A stretch of DNA of 63,709 nucleotides, counting the filler, from Lenisia limosa (lineage: Eukaryota > Protista > Breviatea): the NCBI GenBank assembly GCA_001655205.1. It is 11 parts of 11 records of this genome, joined end to end, with 100 filler letters (N's around TTAATTAATTAA, not from the genome) between each part and the next. Parts side by side here need not be neighbours in the genome. Positions count along the whole stretch, not along the records: positions 17,237 to 27,383 come from LPNZ01005477.1; positions 27,484 to 29,743 come from LPNZ01004806.1; positions 29,844 to 36,498 come from LPNZ01004779.1; positions 36,599 to 43,807 come from LPNZ01003398.1; 7 more parts are not named here. One strand, given 5' to 3'. The position numbers and the translations under genes were made by a program. Positions 24,547 through 37,746 of the stretch are shown in pieces (the first letter of the stretch is position 1; each line of letters starts with the position of its first letter). The notes below the pieces were generated by a model. It worked only from the letters and a program-made list of their open reading frames with translations. It was not told the origin of the DNA and made no database searches.

Positions 24547-27500
24547 TTAAATAGTAAGCCACTCACCTTACAAAATTCTCCACATACGCCGCAAATCTAC
24601 CATGTTAGACCTTTTTAAGGAAATCCAAGGGGGGGGAGAGGGAAAATATGATATTTGCAGAAACATAAAGTTTGACTGAAGTCCATCTTATTGATTTATA
24701 TAGAGAATAGATTAATTGTATCATTCACCCATATATTATATGCATATTATCACTCCTTTAAACACCAATTATCCTGCGTTTGGAGAAAATACATAGCAGC
24801 TACTATGTAAATGTACATAAACAATGACCGTGATAAGTCTTAATTATACAGCAAATCGGTTAAGACTATTCCGGTAACTCTATAATATATGTTGAGACTT
24901 GTTAAGGGCATTGAGAGAACGTTAAGATATGTTAAAACGACAATATATCTTTAATTCCTTAAACCTACTGAATTTGCCAGTATGATATGACAAAGGTTGT
25001 TGTTCTGGTAACATAAACTACAAACTGCCATGTTTGTCTTCTGAGAAGAGGACTTTTGGATTTTTTTAAACCTCTTTTCGTCTCTAATCATGTTAGCTGA
25101 CTGTTGTTGATACATACGGTCATACTATTCCTGCAATGTCCAATTTTCACGCTGAAAAATATGTATGTAACTATAGTACAGTGCGCATGTGACCAATGAT
25201 GAAGAGTACTACTAATAAAATGAACATTATTATTACAATATGAAGAACAATGAATACTACTAAAAGGACCACTAGAATGAACAATATGATGGAGAGTATG
25301 TGATGAAAATTACTTGAAAAGAGCTCCCAAAATATCCTACAGTTTCCCCTGAACGACAGTGAGTGTCCTTGGCTGAGGCTGCGGAGCTGTCATCTACATG
25401 TATATCACTGTTAAAGCATATATTTCCAATAGAAGGACATTAAGAACCGTAACCGAGCGTAACTTGCGAGAACCTGCTTCAAAACTACATTACGGTGTAT
25501 AATGGACAATAAAACAAGGTAGTATCAGGCCGAAACCGGTCACATCATGACGCTTATGAGAGATATTGGATTATGAAAACATGAGAATAGTGATAAATTC
25601 TCGATGGTGTTAATCCGAACGGAGGGAAGTTGGTTCATAAAGAAAATAATTAACTTCAACACTCCTAAGAATAGTTTCAGGTAAAGTGGCATAACTGTCA
25701 ACATTTTCACTAACTCAAATAACATGCACGTCAAATGATGTCTTTGACAATAAAATTCATTTATCAGCTCATATTAGAGCGGCTTATCAATTGATACTAG
25801 AGTGGTTCATCAATTCATATTAGGGCGTTTAAAGTTCTATTGGTTATTGTCTCTAGGCAATTATTTCCGCTGTATCACAAACGTGTTTAAATCGCAAAAA
25901 AGACCTTTTCATACCTTTTTGTAACGGAGGAGCTGAATCCAAAAGCGCAATTAATCAGCTGTCAATCAGCGTAAATTTCAAAGTGCCTCACGTCATCATC
26001 TCAAATGACTTACCACCACTTCTTAACTTCTTCTTCTCAACTGCTCAAATTATTTCCAAGCAAAGGAGCAAAAGAGCAGCAAAAAGAGCCCAAATTTTCC
26101 CCCAAAGTCTCCAGCGCCGCAGGCAGAAGCCGGGTGCGCGGTGAATGATTTCCCTCTTTTTGTGCCCGTTATAAATATGGCTTTTGTTTTGATTTTCTTC
26201 CTTTCTTATTCCACTTATTCATAGTTTCCAAACAGTTTTAATAATTTAATAATACTTATTGTAAGTTGGCCGACTGTGCAAACCCCACCCAGAAGAAGAG
26301 CACTCGTATCCCTTCCCCGCCTAATCTCCCTACTCAGCCATCAGCCCTATCCTGATTCCTGATAGGGTCATACATTTTACATAAAAACAGGGCTATTTGT
26401 TCTGCTATTCCCTCCGTTCAGCCTCAGGTTCAACTCTCCAAAAAGGTTTGTGAAATGTGCAGAAATATCATTGTTTAATCACGCATCCCCCACAACGCTG
26501 CTGGAGTGATTGTCATGCGCGACTGACCTGGGCTTTGTTTGTTTTGTTTTATCAGCCCTCGTGTGTTGTCAGCCAACAGAGTTGATTTTGGGCTTATTTT
26601 TGTGGCATAAATTGTTCATTTTTGTCCAATTTCCCCCCTACTCCCAATTTTAATCTCACCCCTCCGACTTACCCCCAAATTTCCTTTTTTTACCCCCCCT
26701 CCAAGCTATCAGGGTTGATTGTGGCCTTTGTTTTTTTCTCATAAATTGTCTATTTTTACCTCCTACCCCCACGCCATAGTCTAATGTTACCCCCATAAAT
26801 TGTCCAAATTCACCACCCCCCCACCCAGGGACAAATGCGGTCAGTCCTACGACCCTGTTTTGTTGAGATCATCTCAAAGTCAGGAACTACAGTGTTGCCT
26901 ATGGATGTGGCCTGTCACGTGATCCCTCTGCTCAGAGACAGACCGGGTGGGCTATTGCTTTGTGCTTTAAAAGTATCTATTGAAACTGGGATCATAAAGA
27001 TAAAGACTCTATTGAAACCGGGATATTTTCCTTGGGAAATAGCATAGCAAATCGGTCAAGACTTATCCCGGTCTCTGTACATGTACATGTATGTGTAATC
27101 AAACTCTTCTCTGAGGAAAGCCAGACCGCTTCTCAGGATATGGGGAAAATGATTTTTGGTTAATGTGGGGACAATAGTTCTATTTACCCTATCAGGGCTC
27201 TACCTCCCTGTTGACCTGGTTTTATGCATTACGAAGGTTACCAGAATGAGTTATTCTAACTTGGTTTGTGGGTGCAGGGTTTTTAAGAAAAAGAAAAAAA
27301 TTTTAGAAAAGAGAAATAGAAATAATATATACTACATTAGAAATCTAAGGAAACAAATAAATACATAGGGTAACGTTGAACAANNNNNNNNNNNNNNNNN
27401 NNNNNNNNNNNNNNNNNNNNNNNNNNNTTAATTAATTAANNNNNNNNNNNNNNNNNNNNNNNNNNNNNNNNNNNNNNNNNNNNTTAATTTCAAATTTTGT

Positions 27501-27665
27501 CAATTGATTCTTCAAAATAATAATTACACGGAGCCCTTATCGGATCCCAAGTGCAACTGCTCTACATTGTTTCAGAACAATGTACATTTGACATACTTTC
27601 TGCTCATTAAAAGGCTTACACTAGGACAAAGCCGCTACCTCCCAATAAATGGTTTTCTTTCCACT

Positions 27666-27800
27666 TGGGCTTCACTTCCCGACAAAAGACTGAATTTCTC
27701 AATTAAGGTTCCACTTCGGTTTGATACCAGTAAAATATCGATACTTTTCAATGAATTATCGAGAAATTCGGGTGTTTTTTCGAACCGAAGTGAAGCGCTA
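27666..27800. mobile_element. MITE family A, composite of two left ends
   Basis: GGGCTTCACTTCCCG...CCACTTCGG...CCGAAGTGAAGCGCTA. Confidence 0.75.
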
Positions 27801-27879
27801 CAAAAATCATCTATTTTGAAGAGTTTCCCAATGTTTTTTTAACCGGAGTGAATCCCTACTTTCCACCCACTTTTCGGAA

Positions 27880-29725
27880 TTCCAAAAGTTCTTCTAACTG
27901 TTCAGAAGACGATGACGAGAGTCCAGCAGACGTCAGCCCTGCTATTACTAGCCCGGACCCTGATGAAGAGTCGGAAGCTGACGTTGATGATGATAATGAC
28001 GAGCAANNNNNNNNNNNNNNNNNNNNNNNNNNNNNNNNNNNNNNNNNNNNNNNNNNNNNNNNNNNNNNNNNNNNNNNNNNNNNNNNNNNNNNNNNNNNNN
28101 NNNNNNNNNNNNNNNNNNNNNNNNNNNNNNNNNNNNNNNNNNNNNNNNNNNNNNNNNNNNNNNNNNNNNNNTCCCTCAGCTGGCGGAGCTGACGGTAACG
28201 AGGGTCGTCTGTTGAGACTCCTAGACCCAGCTGATCGCCAATGTGTCGACGCCTTGTTTAATTGCGCACGGGTCGATGGCATGGATACTGTGGACGGCGT
28301 TTTGATTGTGGGCGGGTTATTCTTTAATGGGTCATAGGTGTTTGAATTCACCATGCACTATTTACACCTAATTTGATTTCACCTAATATTTTCGACCACT
28401 TATTCTCATTATTTACTACTTTTCAGGAGTTTTGAAGTTTTTTTGTTGTTTTTTTGTTGTTTTTTTTTTTTGTTACTTTTATTTTCCTTTTGTTTGGGGG
28501 TGAAAATGACGGTGCAGACGGCTTCTGCCAGATATAACCTTTTTTTGAATAATTCACGAGGGTTGTTTTGTCAAGTTTTCCTATAAGGAAACTCCTATGA
28601 AACTTACGCTGCAGATTGCGGACCTCTCCGCATATCTGGTTGACGGCTACAATGTCGACCAAGATGGGGACGTTCAAGACATGCTTGAAGACCAAGGTGA
28701 GGCTAGGGGTTGGTGAGTTTATTCAATTATTTCTCACTCAGAGATGATAGGACTTCACTTCGGTTCGAAAAAGACCGGTAAAATATCGATAGTTTTCGAA
28801 AATTTCTCGTCTTTTTTTGAACGGAAATGAAGGCCCTACTAAGGGACTAGATTTTGTTATCAGACATCTCCCCATATATAGTATACAGTGACTGGGGATA
28901 TTCCCCAAGGAAAATCGGTCAAGACTTATCGGTCACTGTACATTTGATGGTATGTATCTAATTTTCAGGTGTGGAAGGCTTCGTTCGGTCAGATACAACC
29001 TTAATTTTTATTTCTCATTGCTATATATTTGTTTTCACCCGCAGCATCAATGCATCGCTCCATCACAAAATGGCAAGCCGGTGACATCCGTGAAGTCCTC
29101 CCACGAACCTACTTGCTGCGTCCTGTTGCAGCTGAAGTCTTCGCCACGACAGGCGTTTCCGAAATGCTCGTGTTCCATCCTGCTGATGCCGAGGCAGCTT
29201 TGTCGTGGGGGGGGGGGCTTCCCTACGGTCCGAAAAAGACCGTTTACATATCAATAGGTATCGAGGATTTATCAAGAGATTCAGTCTTTTTTGGGATCGT
29301 AGGAACCCCTAGATAGGGGATAGGAAATTGTAGAGCTTCATATAAATTTTCGATAACTCTTTGAAATTCTTAATCTACAATGAATGGGAAAAGTCTTGAC
29401 TGATATGCAGTGTGATGGTGCAAGGAAAATCGGTTAAAAGTAATCCTTTATGCCGGTCACTTTTTATTTGCCCATCATTTTTGAAATTACCTATTTTTGA
29501 TTCATTTTTAAAACATCACCATCGCGCCATCCCAACACCCCAACCCTCAGTTTTTTGAAGTCCATTTTTGGTCAAATCAGATTTCTAATGTTTTAACATA
29601 TTATTTTTCAAAAAGTATCATATACTGTCAAATATTATTGTTTACCATTTTTGACCCCATTGTTTACGATGCAGGCGTCTCCGGTCCCTGGTTGTAGAGG
29701 ATGAAATGATCACAACCGGCAAAGT
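27880..29725 (+). CDS. BEACH-domain protein (WDFY3/ALFY-LvsA type), PH-BEACH region, partial
   Basis: RLLRLLDP..LFNCARVDGMDTVDGVLI|IADLSAYLVDGYNVD..DQ|ASMHRSITKWQAGDIREVLPRTYLLRPVAAEVF matches the WDFY3 motifs FRCARVQGLD..GLLLFG..FYVIDGF and IREV..RRYLL...A.EVF. Cut at the linker. Confidence 0.85.
28748..28838. mobile_element. MITE family A, in a BEACH intron
   Basis: TAGGACTTCACTTCGG...CGGAAATGAAGGCCCTA. Confidence 0.85.
28884..28940. mobile_element. MITE family B, internally deleted (others at ~17766, 24823, 27019, 29381)
   Basis: TACAGTGAC...GTCACTGTA. Confidence 0.8.
29215..29312. mobile_element. MITE family A, variant subfamily (GGGCTTCCCTACGG...CGTAGGAACCC)
   Basis: Same core as family A with a changed TIR. 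Also at 62206-62303 and partly at ~4340-4395. Confidence 0.75.
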
Positions 29726-29853
29726 TAGTGGGGGGAGGGGGGTNNNNNNNNNNNNNNNNNNNNNNNNNNNNNNNNNNNNNNNNNNNNTTAATTAATTAAN
29801 NNNNNNNNNNNNNNNNNNNNNNNNNNNNNNNNNNNNNNNNNNNATCCCCCCAG

Positions 29854-29931
29854 ATTACCCCGATTGACAGTCTACCTGGCATTTATGGAATGGCAACCTC
29901 CAACTACAATGGCATCTTCACACTGGAGTAG
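29854..29931 (+). CDS. Orphan terminal exon ITPIDSLPGIYGMATSNYNGIFTLE*
   Basis: C-tract CAG acceptor, phase 0, ends in TAG. Paralogous to 36021-36095. Confidence 0.6.
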   Translation: MTPIDSLPGIYGMATSNYNGIFTLE

Positions 29932-30409
29932 ACTCTTTAAACTGTTTTATAAACTCTTTCTTTCAACTGTTTTGTATTTCATATTTAATAGACTATTATT
30001 CTTTTTGCTCATTTTGGCCATCGTAGAAGCTATGCTCAGTCCAAAAAATTGGTTTCTCCAAATTCGATATTTTACCGGGTTACCCCACCTTCCATGAAAT
30101 CTTCTCACACGGAAATACACATTTAAATAGAAATTGGTTTACTTCCTAGTCACGACTTGGGCAACATTGGAGCCGCCGTAAACACACTCAATCTCACCAT
30201 CAAGTTCCGATAGCTGAGTGGGGGGTAAAAATGAAAAACATGAAGCAAAAAAGCCCAAATCAACTCTTTGGCTAACACACAGATTGACTCAACCACACCT
30301 ATTGAAACAAAAAAAAAGGCTGAGATAGCTTCTATTATCGCACGAGGGGGCTCAAGCCAATTGGTCACAAAATTGAAAAAAAGAAGGCATAAGAGGGTTG
30401 AAAAGGAAA

Positions 30410-33400
30410 CCAGACCCACTTCGTAAAGGGTGTAGGCTACAGGATCGCTGACACACGTGGTTGTCGAATAGCCGCTGGGAAGGGAGCCCGTAAAGAAGGA
30501 ACGCGGGGCATTGGTGTTGCATCCTTCAGAGGTGAGCCGAGTTTGAGACAAAGGGGCATCAGCCAAAGGTTACTTTACAATTGGAAAATTTTTTAAAAAA
30601 CAAAATTTTTATGTATGCTCATGAGTCATTATATTTTTGAAAAATCAAACTGAGAAAATAGCAACGGACTGGGCTGGGACGGGGATCCACTCAAATAGTA
30701 AATAGTAAAAAGGAATACCCCCCCCCCCCTACCTCCAAAGAAGTACATGGTATTGTGCCCTCCATTAACATGGCGAACTCTGAAAACGTGACAATCTTGC
30801 ACAAAACAGAGAACAGTGATGAAAAAAAAAGTTGCTTCAAAAAGAAAAACAATCTTAACACCATATATTTAATTCCAATATCTGGAGGAGGAAACGATGA
30901 GTGAGCTATTCCCTCACAACAATAAAACAAACCTGGGGCACCCAGAAGCACGAAGGTCCTCAGTCAGCTCGACCAAGGCATTATCGCGGGTGTAAAACAC
31001 TCTCCCCCCATCTGAAAAGCGTGAGTCCCATGCCTACGTCTATTTTGAACCAAGTATGAGTCTCATGCTTACGGTCAAATACAGAGGGAGAGCGCCATTT
31101 CCCCAACTATTTTGCTCACAAAAGTATTATGAAGAAAGTATTTGTCTCAATTATACACAAAACTCCAAAACGGTCATTACTTCCTCACCCCCCTCCCCAC
31201 GGAAAATGCCAGCGCACGAGGCAGCAGTACAGGCGAAGGTTTCAGGGAAACCAAGACGGTCAACTTCCTTAGATCGTAAATGCGTTCATAAGTCAACTTG
31301 AACAAAAAAAAATTGTTTTAAGGCAAATGATTGGGTGAATTAATATTATACTATAATCCAATATCTCTGATAAGCACGATGGTGTGGACGGCTTCGGCAA
31401 GATACAACCTTATTTTGATTTCTCATTGCTAAATATAATTCACCTTCACGGGGTGGAACGTTTGGGGAGTAAAAGAGTTGGCTTGGAGGCATTCGGCATG
31501 GGAATTAGTGCCGAAGCAGAACATGCGGTTACCTGAGGGTGAATCAACTTTCCTGTTTATTTCGAACAATATAATACATATGCATATTTTAAAGGAAAGT
31601 GAACATCTTTTATAGAGTGAGGAAAACCTTCTCTTGGAGAGTTTTCCCCATTCTTTGATCCCCCACAAAGCCAATTCTTAGATCCCATCCCACCAAAGCC
31701 AATCCATGTAGTGTAGCCATTGGACTGTACCGGCTTGACTGGGCGGTTGTCGCCATAAGGGATCTTCAGATCCATTGAACTGCCAACCTGTGGGGTGAAG
31801 ACCACGAAAGTACGAGTATCAAGAATAAAGGGCTTTACTTCGGTGTGAATATTAATCTATATCCAGTGATATGATCATATGACCGACTTTCAAGTCGAAA
31901 TGATGAGCGAAGATAATACAAGGGTTTATCCCGAGTGTCATTGAGACTTGTCGGTCAGTTATCAGACGGGTGGGTATGAGGTATCATATCACCCCCCCCC
32001 CCCNNNNNNNNNNNNNNNNNNNNNNNNNNNNNNNNNNNNNNNNNNNNNNNNNNNNNNNNNNNNNNNNNNNNNNNNNNNNNNNNNAATCGCATTATTGACC
32101 CATTCTCCCCCAAACCGGGAGACTTGTTCCCTTTGCCATGACCATGCCATTATCTAGGGGGAGCAGTGAGAGTAATATACACAGGTTTGTTATTCATGCT
32201 GTGATGCGGGGAACTGAGCAGCTTAAAAGGTTGTATGTATTGGACCGCGTACACTCTGTCTATAAAAGATATTACACATCTACTGAACAATATCTAATAA
32301 TATATGTCAGTTCTTGACCGATTGCAATATGATTTATCAAGGAAAATCGGTCAAGACTTATCCCGGTCACAGTACAATATCATTTGAATTTACAATGATG
32401 TATTTGATATAATACTATATATCATATAATTATGTATATATCATATACTATATGATATGTATTTATTTGTTCCTTCTAATTGGGATCACCATATGATGTA
32501 AAGCGCTTCACTAACCTCTGAAAATCATCGCAACGTGACCGATCTGGTACACTGAGGTAGGCAGGCCTGAGGATATCGTCTAATATCGTAAAAGGGTTCA
32601 TTTCATCACTGAAAAATTAACATTTCTCGAAGATATTGAAATATCGGACAGATGACAGCGCTTGTGACACTATTATTTGTCCATGATACCTTACCCCTTC
32701 ATGAACAATGGGCTCTGCTTTCTCTGCTTGTATTCCTATTAAAAAGAGAAGTTTTCTGTCCTGCTAAGTTGAAATACCCCCCCCCCCCCCNNNNNNNNNN
32801 NNNNNNNNNNNNNNNNNNNNNNNNNNNNNNNNNNNNNNNNNNNNNNNNNNNNNNNNNNNNNNNNNNNNNNNNNNNNNNNNNNNNNNNNNNNNNNNNNNNN
32901 NNNNGGTTTTCCATTCCAAATTCGTAAACCTTATTTGTGACTAAAACGTTAGTGTATTCAACTGAAGAGAACATCCATTCAGTTCATGAGGAAATCTTAA
33001 TAGAAAACTAACTCAACAAGACAATTAGGGGATCGAGAGGGATATGGCTGAGAGGTTTTATGAAGTTGCTATTTGTTTATAAAAGAAAAAGGAAACATCC
33101 AAGGCATACCAGTCAAAATGAGCATCATTCTGAATCCAAAAGCGGTTTCCATAATAGCGTCCGGAATGTATGCGAGAAAATCGCCAGGGTGAAGAGACTG
33201 TGGAATTCAGCAAAAAGCATCGGAAAGAGAAATTGAAAGAGCACTCATTTGGAATTCCATATGAACTTGTAGAATTATTTCTTATCTTTTTCGGACACCC
33301 TTTACACAACCTAGAAATTGCCAGGAAGGTGTCAACAAGGTTTTTGAGCTCAGAAAGTACCCCCCCCCCCCACNNNNNNNNNNNNNNNNNNNNNNNNNNN

Positions 33401-34610
33401 NNNNNNNNNNNNNNNNNNNNNNNNNNNNNNNNNNNNNNNNNNNNNNNNNNNNNNNNNNNNNNNNNNNNNNNNNNNNNNNNNNNNNNNNNNNNNNNNNNNN
33501 NNNNNNNNNNNNNNNNNNNNNNNNNNNNNNNNNNNNNNNNNNNNNNNNNNNNNNNNNNNNNNNNNNNNAACACCCCTCCACCCACCATCATAGGTAACAA
33601 ACCCGCCGCTGTGGAAAAGCGTGTAACTGAAAAGGTCAAATGACACTTATGTGAGGAGTTTCTTCCATTTTCAACAGCAGGTATCTTGTTGGATTGGTTG
33701 ACGGTACCCCCAATATTCATCTCAATACAATAAAAACAAACCTATCAATGGTCTTTCCGGCTGTTTCTGGCTGCTCAACAAATGGAGTAAGCACGGATTG
33801 GAACTAGAGGGTGAACGTTATCTCGGGATTCCCATTTCGTCTTGCTATCAATTCCAATCTGAATAAGAATAACCTCAATGTTCATAAAAAAGAAACAATC
33901 TATGAATTAATATTTGAGTAAAAAAATAAATAGTTGCTATGAAACAGAGTTATATTTCTGAACCCCCCCCCCCTACTGCTTCCCCAGAACTTGGAACATC
34001 AACACTGTCGGCTTGACCGCAGTAGTAAAACTCTGGGGGATGAAAAACGGGAATTGTTGCAACATCAACTAAAAATCAACTCTTTTGGTACATCATTTGA
34101 AAGACAATGAGTAATGAGTATCTGGAAGACAGATCACGTATGACTCATGCTCAATAGAATCAAGGGTGAAGACGATCACTTTCGATCATAAATCAAAAAT
34201 CTACAGCTATCTGTGACGAACCTGGGGTGGAGACAGCAGAGCAATCACCAACTTGAGTCCATCCCTCAGAAATGGTACAATTGACAACTCTGATAGAGGG
34301 CTTCATGCTCTGGGTGCTATGAGAATACTGAAACAAAAGCCATCTAGCCGCATTTACTAAAAAAATCGACCAGGGTATGATGGTGAAGAGGAGGAATACT
34401 CTGACAATCCCAATCAAAACATGACAATCCCAATCAAAACGATTCTTGGACAGCAATAAACCCTCACATCACAGAAAAGAATGCTATTCCATATTGCAAG
34501 ACCCACATTGACGCATGACGCGACGCAGTAACGCGCGCCATCGCCGCCAGCCGGGTTACAGGATAGTGTCATGGTATCAGGGAGGACCGGGTACTCCTGG
34601 CAGTGGAAGG
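30410..34610 (-). CDS. Multi-exon gene, unknown Cys-containing protein with a Sushi/CCP-like module and weak RCC1-like segments
   Basis: Exons 34610-34507 and 34309-~34222 give CQEYPVLPDTMTLSCNPAGGDGARYCVASCVN|SMKPSIRVVNCTISEGWTQVGDC. Other exons near 33.8, 33.1, 32.5, 31.5 (FCFGTNSHAECL), 31.0 and 30.5 kb. They may not all belong to one gene. Confidence 0.4.
32300..32374. mobile_element. MITE family B
   Basis: CTTGACCGATT...AAATCGGTCAAGACTTATCCCGGTCACAGTA. Confidence 0.8.
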
Positions 34611-34790
34611 CTGGTGGGGGATAACAACANNNNNNNNNNNNNNNNNNNNNNNNNNNNNNNNNNNNNNNNNNNNAAAAAAGCCCAAGTCAACTCTGTTGGC
34701 TGAAGACACGAGGGTTGATAACATCAAAACAAACAAATGTAACAAAGTGAGAAATATCTTATTTTGATCTGCAGTTCAATAAGCAACAAT

Positions 34791-34888
34791 TACGGCTTCA
34801 CTTCGGTTCGAAATAAGACTAAATTTCGATAAATCCTCGAAAACTATCAATATTTCCCCGTTTTTTTTGGAACCGAAGTGAAGCCCAA
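34791..34888. mobile_element. MITE family A
   Basis: TACGGCTTCACTTCGG...CCGAAGTGAAGCCC. Confidence 0.85.
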
Positions 34889-36020
34889 GTCAGAATGGAA
34901 TCATTATCCAAAACAAGACATTGCTGCGGCCCTTTGCACACATTCAGCGTATTGCAGGGTGACGGGGTTCTTTGGACTCGCTGCGTCGACAACCTCTGTC
35001 CGCACTCCAAGGGGGGTGATTCTGGGGGGGGGGGNNNNNNNNNNNNNNNNNNNNNNNNNNNNNNNNNNNNNNNNNNNNNNNNNNNNNNNNNNNNNNNNNN
35101 NNNNNNNNNNNTTAAACTGCAATGCAATTCAAAGATAAATGTGTGTTATGCATAAGAGAGGTATTTTAATAGCCAATGAATGATAAAAAAAATAAAAATA
35201 AAAAATAAAAAAAAAAAAGAAAAGAAAAGAAAACAGTAACAAGTAATACTGATAACGAAGAAACTTGACAAACAGGAGAATTGAAAGAATACTTCAATTA
35301 TCAAACTCTCAACAAAAACCGAGCGGATAAGTATATAAAGTCCCTATATCTGTTCTTCTTCAAAAAAAATGAAACAAAACAAAATGATAAGCACGTGATG
35401 GTGACAGGGAAAATCGAGGTCAGAGCAAAAAGAACGATTGGTAAGCCAACAAAATTAAACTTAGGGACCTTGGAAGCCTACTGTAAAAGTCCATAACTCA
35501 GAGAAATGACATGGAAAAGGACCAAGATGGCCCCTAAGTAGCCTTTGAACATTATTTCGCTTTGATGTGAGCAAGAGCTGAGAGCTATCAGTGCGATATT
35601 TATCTATTGTTGTTGTTGTTTTTGTTGGTTTGGTGGGTGTGTTTGATCAGTGGGTTGGTTTGCTGGTTTTTCTGAATCATTTCCATTTCCCTGGACGCCG
35701 GCGGGACTATTCTCGGAAAATTTCTCCCTTCTCATTTCATGAGACCCGGGGCGCCCCGGGAATTTCCAGTTTAAAAATTTGAGTATACTAGGGGCACTTT
35801 GTTCCTCCACTTTTTGGTCAGTCTCAATTATTTTTGCTCATTTCCTTTTCTCATGCAGATTTGCAGATTTGTAATTGCAGATTTGAAGCCCGTTTGCACA
35901 TTGGCACATTGCAAGGTTGCAAAAACCAACAAAAAACACAACAGCAAGGTATAATAATATATTTGATATGGTATATTTACTCATATAAAGTACATAAAAC
36001 AATAGAACATCTATCATCTA

Positions 36021-36095
36021 TCAGACGGCGAAGATGCCATCGAAATTTGTTGCTGTTTGCGAATAAGTGCCAGGCAAACTGTCAACAGGATAAAT
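36021..36095 (-). CDS. Orphan terminal exon IYPVDSLPGTYSQTATNFDGIFAV*
   Basis: Poly-C CAG acceptor, phase 0, ends in TGA. Paralogous to 29854-29931. Confidence 0.6.
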   Translation of the reverse strand: MYPVDSLPGTYSQTATNFDGIFAV

Positions 36096-36311
36096 CTGGG
36101 GGGGGGGGGTCACATTGGANNNNNNNNNNNNNNNNNNNNNNNNNNNNNNNNNNNNNNNNNNNNNNNNNNNNNNNNNNNNNNNNNNNNNNNNNNNNNNNAA
36201 CACACGAGGGTTGAGAACAACAAAAAAACAAAGCCCAGGAGCACCGCATCCCATCACTCAGTGGTAAACAAATCTGAGGGGGGGTTACCCCCAAAAATCT
36301 CCTTGAATACC

Positions 36312-36409
36312 TAGGGCTTTCTCTTCGGTTCAAAAAAGACCAGTAAAATATCGATAGTTTTCGAGGATTTATCGAGAAATTGTCTTTTTTCGAACCAAAG
36401 TGAAGCCCG
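36312..36409. mobile_element. MITE family A
   Basis: TAGGGCTTTCTCTTCGG...CCAAAGTGAAGCCC. Confidence 0.85.
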
Positions 36410-37746
36410 AACTATACCCACCAAATTGATTCTGGAGTTTTTTTGTGTAGATTTTCCACATTTACCCCTCCCCCCACAGACACTTACCCCCACACACGNN
36501 NNNNNNNNNNNNNNNNNNNNNNNNNNNNNNNNNNNNNNNNNNTTAATTAATTAANNNNNNNNNNNNNNNNNNNNNNNNNNNNNNNNNNNNNNNNNNNNAT
36601 GCAACAATCTTTTTTGACCCTTCAGTCCATGGGTGGAGGCACATGGTATGTACATGCAAAAGAGGCGCACACGCCTTGGTGTTTTCCTTGCGTCTGACCT
36701 GGCGAGAGTACACGAAGTTGCCACTTTACTGTGAGAGGACTATCATAGAATAACATCACTCCAGTCAAAAAAATAACAAGTAAAATATGAATATATTTTA
36801 CTAGGATTTGTCTGAAAAACTTTTTGGACCGGAGTTAAACTGAGAAATTAAGGTTTTACTTTTTAAACACGAATTTATAGTACATCCATTCTTATGTAGT
36901 ATGGAGAGAAAAACCGTTTCTGCAGAATCCAAGAAAAAAACTTACACTCTGGGGTTTCACTTGGGTCAAGTAGCCTGCTCTAACCCTGCAGAATGGGCGA
37001 TGACGTCATGACCCGGACCGTGAACAAGGCGTGGGCTGACTGGGCAGGTCACATGTCGTCTATCAACCTCCGAGCCGCGGCGCCACCGCCACCTCTCCGC
37101 CTTCCGAACTCTGTACGGAACAAACGAAGTCTTTCATCGATAGGGTGACCGGGTTTTGTGAGGAAGGGATACAAGGAAAAGATATTGACACAAGCGTCCG
37201 CTCCTATTGATTTATGTGTGGGGCTCTGCTGTGATAAGACCAGATTTTTTGGTTGAATTAGTATTTTTGGGTTTCTAACACTCAAGACGACCAGTAAAGA
37301 AGAGCCGATGAAAGAACTCCGGACCAAGAGACAAAGCGATGGGTGGTATAGACCGATGTGAATGTATTTATTGTTTTGAGCCGTTTCCAGCCAGGGCCCG
37401 ATAGAAGATTCTGGATTTCCATTGGTTTGCTTTTGCTGCTTGTCAATTATCAATCAACGGACAGGAAACAGGCAGATATCATCAATTATCTTGGAAGTAA
37501 GCAAGTAAGTCATAATAATTCCTCCGCCTTGTCACGTGATATGCGGCCCAGAAAATTCCATAAAAAGTGAAAAAGTTCTGTGGTTCTGTAATTCCCGCAG
37601 CCTCTGTCTATTATATTTTTGTATTGGATTATTGTGACAGAAAGTAGATCCTTTAACAACATAGAAAGAGATACACGGCATACACTCCTCAACCTAAAGG
37701 GTTTAAATGTAAACAAGATAAACAAAACGATACAACATACATTACC

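Noticed and set aside
29670-29931. BEACH gene ending at the 29854-29931 exon
   Set aside because: That would omit the BEACH and WD40 domains. A linker intervenes and the exon has a paralogue at 36021-36095.
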